A stretch of 9,515 bases of DNA from an uncultured archaeon (GTDB taxonomy: Archaea > Iainarchaeota > Iainarchaeia > Iainarchaeales > 0-14-0-20-30-16), in contig CAZMCX010000027.1 in NCBI GenBank assembly GCA_964565125.1, positions 1 to 9,515 on the forward strand, read 5' to 3'. The notes below the pieces were generated by a model that was not told where the DNA came from, searched no databases, and was given only the letters and a program-made list of their open reading frames with translations. A program made the position numbers and the translations under genes. Below, piece by piece: positions 1-5,437 of the stretch; position 1 is the first letter of the stretch; the number at the start of each line of letters is the position of its first letter.

Positions 1-1220
1 TTGTAAATCTCTTCTGCAAGCTTCTTGGAATCATGCCTTATTGCTACCCGATCGTTTATCAAGTCTTTAACTACATACTTTGGGTCTTTTGTAATCAAAG
101 GCTCAACAAAGAATTTCCTTTCAGTTGCATAATTCTTCAACTTATCATCAGAAACTTTTGTGCTATTCATTAAAATATAATCTGGGTTGAAATAGTTTTT
201 TATTGTATTAATAAAATCAATTGCCTTAAACCCATGTGTCTCTGGGTATTGAGTCATCACATTCATAACATAAACTTTCTTTGCTTTTGATTTCTTTATC
301 TCTTTTACAATATCATTAACTAGCATATTTGGAATTATGCTTGAATATAAACTTCCGGGGCCAACCACAATTACATCTGCATCTTTTATTGCTGCTTTTA
401 CTCTTGGATTTAGTTTTGCTTCTTGGTTAAGGAAAATATTTTTTATATTCATTCCTTTTGTGTCAATTTCATGTTCCCCAAAGTATTTCGTTCCATCTTT
501 TGAAATTGCGATCACTTCTGCGGGATCAAGAGTTACAGGCAATACCCGCCCCCTACACCTTAACAAAGTTTGCAGGGTCTCTATTGCGGATTCAAAATCA
601 CTATCTTGTGCTAACCTTGTTAAAAGTAAATTCCCTATAGTATGCCCTTGCAGAGAGGTATTTTTTCCAAAACGTTTATTAAAAACCATCCTTAATTCAT
701 CTTTAAATGGGCTTAATGCAATAATACAATTCCTTAAATCCCCGGGGGGTAATACTCCAAATTCTGTTTTTAACAATTGACTAGATCCACCAGAATCCAT
801 TGTAGTAACAACAGCAGTAATATTTGAGGTATGTTCTTTTAAACCATTAAGCAAAGTATATTGTCCCGTACCACCGCCAATAGTAACGATCTTTTTTCCT
901 TTTTCTAATTTTGAATCTAAATATACATTCTCAAACAAATCCTGATTTGCATCTGAAAAAAATCTATAAATTTTAAAAGCAGAAAATAAAATTACAATTA
1001 CAGCAAGTAGCAATAAAATCAGTGCAAAAATTGCCCTTAAAGACATATCAAGACCAATAAGAATACTTAGTTTGTTCAAGATAAAATCAGATAATCTATT
1101 GAAATAAGTCAAAAAGCCAATAAAAAATGCAAAAAAGACAAGAACCAAACTTGCTGCTATTGCAATTATCCACAGCTTTAGATTAGAAGTTAAAAATAAT
1201 GCCTTATTTATCCGGTTCAT
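1..1220 (-). CDS. YvcK/CofD-family (UPF0052, gluconeogenesis-factor-like) protein with an N-terminal two-helix membrane anchor; partial, C-terminus runs off the window
   Basis: Absent from the supplied ORF track because it is truncated by the window edge. The reverse-strand ATG at 1218-1220 opens a stop-free frame down to base 3 (406 codons, hand-translated). The N-terminus is MNRINKALFLTSNLKLWIIAIAASLVLVFFAFFIGFL...AIFALILLLLAVIVILFSAF, which gives two hydrophobic helices. These are followed by KKIVTIGGGTGQYTLLNGLK, AVVTTMDSGGSSQLLKTEFGVLPPGDLRNCIIALS and DADVIVVGPGSLYSSIIPN. Those three segments match the GGGTG / GGSS..PPGD(I/L)RN / GPGS signature I know from YvcK/CofD proteins. Confidence 0.8.
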   Translation of the reverse strand, partial: MNRINKALFLTSNLKLWIIAIAASLVLVFFAFFIGFLTYFNRLSDFILNKLSILIGLDMSLRAIFALILLLLAVIVILFSAFKIYRFFSDANQDLFENVYLDSKLEKGKKIVTIGGGTGQYTLLNGLKEHTSNITAVVTTMDSGGSSQLLKTEFGVLPPGDLRNCIIALSPFKDELRMVFNKRFGKNTSLQGHTIGNLLLTRLAQDSDFESAIETLQTLLRCRGRVLPVTLDPAEVIAISKDGTKYFGEHEIDTKGMNIKNIFLNQEAKLNPRVKAAIKDADVIVVGPGSLYSSIIPNMLVNDIVKEIKKSKAKKVYVMNVMTQYPETHGFKAIDFINTIKNYFNPDYILMNSTKVSDDKLKNYATERKFFVEPLITKDPKYVVKDLINDRVAIRHDSKKLAEEIY

Positions 1221-1270
1221 AATAGTCACTAAAAATATTACAAAAGACAGTAAATAAAGTACCTTTAAGG

Positions 1271-1308
1271 TTATAAATTATTCCCTTTTAACTATATTAT
1301 ATAAATTA
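1271..1308 (+). promoter_or_regulatory. TATA-like elements in the divergent intergenic region upstream of thrS
   Basis: TTATAAATTA lies at 1271-1280, preceded by AAGG, and ACTATATTATATAAATTA lies at 1291-1308. The first fits an archaeal TATA about 25 nt upstream of a transcription start that would leave a short SD-containing leader. The second would fit a leaderless start. I cannot decide between them from sequence. Confidence 0.3.
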
Positions 1309-1309
1309 T

Positions 1310-1314
1310 GGAGG
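1310..1314 (+). promoter_or_regulatory. Shine-Dalgarno-like GGAGG for thrS
   Basis: GGAGG at 1310-1314 is only 1 nt from the ATG at 1316 but 7 nt from the in-frame ATG at 1322. The real start is therefore probably 1322 (MDVLEK...). Confidence 0.5.
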
Positions 1315-1315
1315 A

Positions 1316-3091
1316 ATGACTATGGATGTACTAGAAAAAGTCAATTTTGAAAAAGACAAAGAGGTATACTGGCACACAACATCACACATATTAGCTGCTG
1401 CAGTAAAGAGAATGTACCCAACCACAACCATAGCTATAGGTCCAGCAATAGAAAATGGATTTTATTATGATTTTGATAATCTAAAAATAACTGACGAAGA
1501 TTTGCAGAAAATAGAAAAAGAAATGCAAAAAATAATTTCAGAAAAGCTTCCAATGAAAAAAGAGGTTGTTTCCAAAAAAAAAGCATTAGAAATATTTAGA
1601 AAAGAACCATACAAAGCAGAGCTAATTAACGACTTACCTACTGGAGAAGAAATATCATTTTATCATTTAGGCAAAGAGTTTACAGACCTTTGTAGAGGCC
1701 CGCATTTAGCACATACTGGAATGGTTGGAGAAGTAAAACTTCTAAGTATTGCAGGAGCATATTGGAGAGGAGACGAAAAAAACAAAATGTTAACAAGAAT
1801 CTACGGAATAAGTTTCCCAGATAGAAAACAACTAAGGGTATACTTAGAATTATTAGAAGAAGTAAAGAGAAGAGACCACAGAAAAATAGGAAAAAAACTA
1901 GATTTCTTTGTGTTCTCTGAATTAGTTGGCCCTGGTTTACCATTATGGACTCCAACAGGAAATATTTTCAGAACTGAAATAATTAATTTTTCAAGAGAAC
2001 TACAAAGCACAATTGGATATCAGGAAGTTCACACACCACAAATTACAAGAGCAGAATTATTTAAGATTTCTGGGCACTATGATAAATACAAAGATAGTAT
2101 GTTCAAAGTAATTTCAAATTACACAAAAGAGGAATATTTTTTAAAGCCAATGAACTGCCCAAATCACATACAAATCTATGCTTCTTTGCCAAGAAGCTAC
2201 AGGGATCTACCTCTAAGATATGCAGATTTTGCAATGCTTTATAGAGATGAAAAACCAGGTGAGCTTTCAGGCCTAGCAAGAGTAAGAGCATTCTCTCAAG
2301 ATGATGGACACTGCTTCTGTACTCCCGAACAGATGAAAGACGAATTCCTGAATGTTTTGAAATGTGTCAACGCTGCTTTGAAAGTCTACGGATTAGAATA
2401 TTATGTAAGGCTTTCATTAAGGGATGAAAATGCAAAAGAAAAATATTTAGGAAATGACGAGATCTGGAACAAAGCACAAAAAGCACTAAAAGAATTATTA
2501 AAATCAGAAAAAATCTCTTTTGTTGAAGCTCTAGGGGAAGCAGCATTCTACGGCCCAAAAATGGATGTAATGGCAAAAGATGCTTTAAACAGAGAATGGC
2601 AAATCTCAACAATCCAATTAGACCTAAACTTGCCTGAAAGATTTGAACTTAAATACACTGACAAAGATAACACTGAAAAAAGGCCAATAATGATCCACAG
2701 AGCATTAATCGGAAGCCCTGAAAGATTTGGTGCTATTCTTATAGAGCACTTCGCAGGAAAGTTCCCTCTTTGGCTAAACCCAAGACAAATTCTAGTTGTT
2801 CCTGTTGCAGAGAACTTCAACAAATATGCACAAGAAGTTTGTGATTCTCTAAAAGCTTATGGCTTACGGACAGATATTGATCTTAGAGAAATAACAATGA
2901 ATAAAAAGATCAGGGACGGAGAAATACTTTACTATAACTACATTTTAGTTGTTGGAGAAAAAGAATCAACTTCCAAGAGCGTAAATGTGAGAATCAGAGA
3001 TACAAAAGCACAGAAAACTCTAATTACACAAAACTTTAAAGAAAAAGCATTAGTAGAATACAAGAAGAGAGAACTAAAGAGTTCTCTTTAA
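1316..3091 (+). CDS. thrS: Threonyl-tRNA synthetase, bacterial-type (N2 editing domain, class II core and anticodon-binding domain), lacking the N-terminal TGS domain; likely true start at 1322
   Basis: The 591-aa ORF is colinear by eye with E. coli ThrRS from about residue 60 onward. Editing-site motifs are HTTSHILAAAV (HxxxH) and DLCRGPH. AGAYWRGD and RDHRKIGK are also present. Zinc and catalytic motifs are KPMNCPNHIQIY, FSQDDGHCFC and IMIHRALIGSPERF. The C-terminal part (FPLWLNPRQILVVPV...) looks like the anticodon-binding domain. Confidence 0.95.
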   Translation: MTMDVLEKVNFEKDKEVYWHTTSHILAAAVKRMYPTTTIAIGPAIENGFYYDFDNLKITDEDLQKIEKEMQKIISEKLPMKKEVVSKKKALEIFRKEPYKAELINDLPTGEEISFYHLGKEFTDLCRGPHLAHTGMVGEVKLLSIAGAYWRGDEKNKMLTRIYGISFPDRKQLRVYLELLEEVKRRDHRKIGKKLDFFVFSELVGPGLPLWTPTGNIFRTEIINFSRELQSTIGYQEVHTPQITRAELFKISGHYDKYKDSMFKVISNYTKEEYFLKPMNCPNHIQIYASLPRSYRDLPLRYADFAMLYRDEKPGELSGLARVRAFSQDDGHCFCTPEQMKDEFLNVLKCVNAALKVYGLEYYVRLSLRDENAKEKYLGNDEIWNKAQKALKELLKSEKISFVEALGEAAFYGPKMDVMAKDALNREWQISTIQLDLNLPERFELKYTDKDNTEKRPIMIHRALIGSPERFGAILIEHFAGKFPLWLNPRQILVVPVAENFNKYAQEVCDSLKAYGLRTDIDLREITMNKKIRDGEILYYNYILVVGEKESTSKSVNVRIRDTKAQKTLITQNFKEKALVEYKKRELKSSL

Positions 3092-3099
3092 TTTTTTTT
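3066..3099 (+). terminator. Hairpin plus T8 run at the thrS stop codon (intrinsic-terminator-like)
   Basis: A perfect 8-bp stem pairs AGAGAACT (3068-3075) with AGTTCTCT (3080-3087) around the loop AAAG. It is followed by TTAA and then T8 at 3092-3099. The stop codon TAA is at 3089-3091. Confidence 0.5.
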
Positions 3100-3298
3100 A
3101 TTCTTTTTCAGGTTCTAATTTTTTGTTAATAAAATACAATACAACATACAAAATTATTGCAGAAACTATTGGAACAATAATATAATACCAAATAGGTAAG
3201 AACTCTTTGCCTTTCCAAAGGTTATCAACTAATATCTGCACATAAGATCCAATTAATGCCAAATAACAGGCCAAATACACAACTTCGTTTTTATTCAT
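3098..3298 (-). CDS. Small (66 aa) two-TM membrane protein, unknown function
   Basis: The ORF has two clear hydrophobic helices (VVYLACYLALIGSYVQILV and IWYYIIVPIVSAIILYVVLYFI). AGGTG (reverse complement of 3307-3311) lies 8 nt upstream of the ATG. I recognise no family. Confidence 0.5.
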   Translation of the reverse strand: MNKNEVVYLACYLALIGSYVQILVDNLWKGKEFLPIWYYIIVPIVSAIILYVVLYFINKKLEPEKE

Positions 3299-3311
3299 AT
3301 TTTATACACCT

Positions 3312-3346
3312 AAAACAAATAATACAAACTGATATTTATTTGTTTT
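3312..3346. repeat. Perfect 11-bp inverted repeat with a 13-nt spacer, between the upstream terminator and the SD of the 66-aa ORF
   Basis: AAAACAAATAA (3312-3322) is the exact reverse complement of TTATTTGTTTT (3336-3346). Confidence 0.6.
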
Positions 3347-3370
3347 GTTACCTATACAAAGAAAAAATAT

Positions 3371-3398
3371 AAAAAAAGAGAGTAGACATCTCTACTCT
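3371..3398 (-). terminator. Hairpin plus T7 run ending the 311-aa/73-aa transcription unit
   Basis: The minus strand reads AGAGTAGA-GATG-TCTACTCT, an 8-bp perfect stem at 3379-3398, followed by C and T7 (A7 on the plus strand, 3371-3377). The 5' arm contains the TAG stop of the 73-aa ORF. Confidence 0.55.
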
Positions 3399-3613
3399 AT
3401 AAGCTCACCCAATTCTACTGTGTCATCTTGATCATTGGCGATAAATATATCATCCACCATAGACAAAGCTTCGGCCTCATTGTAATCCGCCTGTCCGCTT
3501 AGAGTATCTGATGTATCTTTTGTTGTGCTATCTTTACTTAAAGTAACTCCAAGCACCACTCCAATTACTACTAACACTATTAGCACTAATAATATTGCAA
3601 GCCAAGCTTTCAT
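3392..3613 (-). CDS. Small (73 aa) signal-anchor protein with an acidic C-terminal ectodomain, unknown function
   Basis: The N-terminal helix is strongly hydrophobic (AWLAILLVLIVLVVIGVVLGVTL). The tail is D/E-rich. Its ATG (3611-3613) overlaps the TGA (3610-3612) of the upstream gene as ATGA, which suggests translational coupling. A terminator hairpin sits at its stop codon. Confidence 0.6.
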   Translation of the reverse strand: MKAWLAILLVLIVLVVIGVVLGVTLSKDSTTKDTSDTLSGQADYNEAEALSMVDDIFIANDQDDTVELGELIE

Positions 3614-4545
3614 TCGGAATCACCTTCTACATTCAAATCTACTGAAACAGCTACTTCTGCATTTGAATCTTCGCTGTTGCCATCTTCTTCTCCAAACCAG
3701 TCATCTAATTTATCTTCTACTTTATTTTTTATTTTATCTTTTATTTTACCTTTAAGTTCTTGCTTTTTTTCTGAAATTTTCTTTTTTAATTCTTGTTTTA
3801 TTTCTTCTTTATTTTCTTCTATTTTCTGCTTTATTTCTGCTTTCTTTTCAGCAACCTTTGCTTTTACTTCTTTCTTTACTTTTCCATTGTAAGTTTGGGT
3901 TTTAACTTTTACTTCTTTTATTTTCCACATTAATTCTTTCTTTAATTCTTTTTGAAGACCGCCAAACATCTTTGCAATCTCGCTTCTCATTTCACCATAT
4001 GTTGCAGTACCCGCAGCAATTTTATCTAAAAGGCTTTGATTTTTTACTTCTAAATCTTCAAACAACTTTGCAGCCACTTCATAATTATATTTATTTTTGT
4101 TTTCTTTTATTTCTGCATCCAATTTTTCTACTGATGCTTTTTCCATTGCTTTATATTCATCCTTAATTGTGTTCTTTTCATCTGAGTTCAAATCTTTTGC
4201 GTAAGTCTTAAACTCTTGTGCTAAATCCATTGCTTTTTCTTTGTATGCAAGGAAGTCTTTAACCAAAAATTCTGGCTCTTTTCCAGTTACATCATACCCT
4301 GATACTTCCTCTTTTAGAGCTTTATATTCTGCAATTACTGTTGTTGCATTTTCATCCAAATATGGCAAAGCTAATTCACCAATCATAATATGTTTTTCCA
4401 TTGCTTTTTCCAGTTGTAACATTCTTACTTCTGCACCATTTGTATTTGTAAAATTAGTATATATTTTATCTTCATTAAATGCAAATGATGGTATTGCTAA
4501 TGCTACTACAAAAACCATTGCCAATAACAAATTCTTATAGTTCAT
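3610..4545 (-). CDS. Secreted 311-aa Lys/Glu-rich helical protein with an acidic C-terminal tail, unknown function
   Basis: The N-terminus is signal-peptide-like (MNYKNLLLAMVFVVALAIPSFAF). The body is long and helical, and its C-terminal third is low-complexity K/E (KKEVKAKVAEKKAEIKQKIEENKEEIKQELKKKISEKKQELKGKIKDKIKNKVEDK). It ends in an acidic tail (DDWFGEEDGNSEDSNAE...EGDSE). SD-like GGGGGTG (reverse complement of 4553-4559) lies 7 nt upstream of the ATG. Confidence 0.8.
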   Translation of the reverse strand: MNYKNLLLAMVFVVALAIPSFAFNEDKIYTNFTNTNGAEVRMLQLEKAMEKHIMIGELALPYLDENATTVIAEYKALKEEVSGYDVTGKEPEFLVKDFLAYKEKAMDLAQEFKTYAKDLNSDEKNTIKDEYKAMEKASVEKLDAEIKENKNKYNYEVAAKLFEDLEVKNQSLLDKIAAGTATYGEMRSEIAKMFGGLQKELKKELMWKIKEVKVKTQTYNGKVKKEVKAKVAEKKAEIKQKIEENKEEIKQELKKKISEKKQELKGKIKDKIKNKVEDKLDDWFGEEDGNSEDSNAEVAVSVDLNVEGDSE

Positions 4546-4573
4546 AATCTAACACCCCCATGATATACCTGCT

Positions 4574-4625
4574 GCGGAACTAAATATATACCTTTTCCGG
4601 AATTATCCGGAACAAGGCGGAACTA
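4574..4625. promoter_or_regulatory. Array of four same-orientation SCGGAAY motifs bracketing the TATA-like element (candidate operator)
   Basis: CGGAA begins at 4575, 4598, 4608 and 4618, so the last three are exactly 10 bp apart. The outermost copies are identical 9-mers, GCGGAACTA, at 4574-4582 and 4617-4625. One middle copy is embedded in the palindrome TTCCGGAA (4595-4602). Confidence 0.5.
4581..4598 (-). promoter_or_regulatory. Archaeal-type BRE/TATA-like promoter element for the 311-aa gene
   Basis: The minus strand reads GGAAAAGG-TATATATTTA, a purine-rich BRE-like stretch followed by a TATA-like stretch. Its 3' end is 35 nt upstream of the ATG at 4545. That spacing would place a transcription start just upstream of the GGGGGTG SD. 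Confidence 0.45.
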
Positions 4626-4662
4626 GAGGGACTTATAGGCCTAAGACAGCATTAGTTAGGTT

Positions 4663-4704
4663 ACAAAGAGGCAATACATAAAGGCAAATTAAACAAAGGC
4701 AAAA
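4663..4704. repeat. Three direct repeats AAAG(A)GGCAA(A/T) spaced 13-15 bp apart
   Basis: The copies are ACAAAGAGGCAAT (4663-4675), TAAAGGCAAAT (4679-4689) and ACAAAGGCAAAA (4693-4704). GGCAA starts at 4670, 4683 and 4698. Confidence 0.5.
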
Positions 4705-4732
4705 GGTCACAGGTTTATTTTACCCTACTTAT

Positions 4733-5437
4733 CTAGTCTAATAGAACAATAACATTAGACAACCCTTTACTTATTTTCTTAATAAGCCCTTTTTTTTCTA
4801 AACTTAAAAGGTTCCGTGATAATGAGGATTTAGGCAAGTTAAGTTCTTGCAGGATTTTATTCTGAGTTATTTGGCCTTTATTTTTCTTTACTAGATCCAA
4901 GATTTGTTTTTCCCTATCTGTTAAAAAAACCTCTTGCTTTACTTCTTTTTGCACAGACTTAGAAAAATATTTCTTATATCCAATATAACCCACGATGGAC
5001 AAAATAACTAATGCTCCAACAAGATATGCCCACCAATATGATTTCAATAAGGGATTTAAAAAAGAGTATTGCAATTTCAGGTTTAATTTCGAGTTCTCTC
5101 CAAATCCATTAATTATTATTTTATCCTCTTGTTTTATTTTCTGGAAACCAGAGATGTTTAGATAATTTATTTCAGTATTTTTTGGCATCCTTAATTCAAA
5201 AACATAGGACGAAAATATTTCATTAGAATCAAAATTAAAAACCCAAAGCCCATTATTTTTTGAGGTCAAATTTGAATTAAGCCCACTTTGTAAATCGGGG
5301 TAATCAGAATATCCACTTATCAAAACGTCTCCATTAGTTTGTACATCAAACACAACATCAGCATAATAAGAGAAAGAAATTCCCGCCAATAACAAAACAA
5401 ACAATGCTAATAGCCCAGTTTTATTCATAAAAATCAT
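4733..5437 (-). CDS. Membrane-tethered transcriptional regulator: signal/TM helix, ~110-aa ectodomain, TM helix, C-terminal winged helix-turn-helix
   Basis: The N-terminus has a hydrophobic segment (GLLALFVLLLAGISFSYYA). The middle domain looks beta-rich. A second TM helix, WWAYLVGALVILSIVGYIGY, covers residues 134-153. The cytoplasmic tail is LTDREKQILDLVKKNKGQITQNKILQELNLPKSSLSRNLLSLEKKGLIKKISKG, which looks MarR/TrmB-like wHTH. This architecture recalls the archaeal membrane-associated regulators I remember as COG2512. The start is either ATG 5437, which overlaps the upstream TGA as ATGA, or ATG 5428. Confidence 0.75.
   Translation of the reverse strand: MIFMNKTGLLALFVLLLAGISFSYYADVVFDVQTNGDVLISGYSDYPDLQSGLNSNLTSKNNGLWVFNFDSNEIFSSYVFELRMPKNTEINYLNISGFQKIKQEDKIIINGFGENSKLNLKLQYSFLNPLLKSYWWAYLVGALVILSIVGYIGYKKYFSKSVQKEVKQEVFLTDREKQILDLVKKNKGQITQNKILQELNLPKSSLSRNLLSLEKKGLIKKISKGLSNVIVLLD

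Noticed and set aside
337-780. Plus-strand ORFs of 147 aa (337..780) and 60 aa (458..640)
   Set aside because: They lie entirely antisense to the YvcK/CofD-family CDS, which has clear family motifs. Their translations are low-complexity and have no recognisable motif. They are shadow ORFs typical of AT-rich DNA.
1574-1582. An A9 homopolymer inside thrS (codons AAA AAA AAA) as a possible slippery or phase-variable site
   Set aside because: The reading frame is intact and encodes a plausible KKK in a poorly conserved linker. Homopolymers like this are expected at this base composition.
1680-2823. Five minus-strand ORFs inside thrS (1680..1955, 1801..2010, 2103..2291, 2367..2612, 2548..2823)
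   Set aside because: All are antisense to a confidently identified ThrRS gene. Their leucine- and phenylalanine-rich translations are typical of the reverse complement of K/E-rich coding sequence.
3680-3960. A long pyrimidine-rich (plus strand) / purine-rich (minus strand) tract with short T-rich repeats
   Set aside because: It is fully explained by the Lys/Glu (AAR/GAR) codon run of the 311-aa protein's C-terminal region. It is not an independent DNA repeat or a CRISPR-like array.
3525-4540. Plus-strand ORFs 3525..3755, 3677..3892, 3972..4166 and 4241..4540
   Set aside because: They are antisense to the 311-aa and 73-aa genes. Their S/F/L-rich low-complexity translations arise from the polypyrimidine complement of Lys/Glu codons. 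They have no start context.
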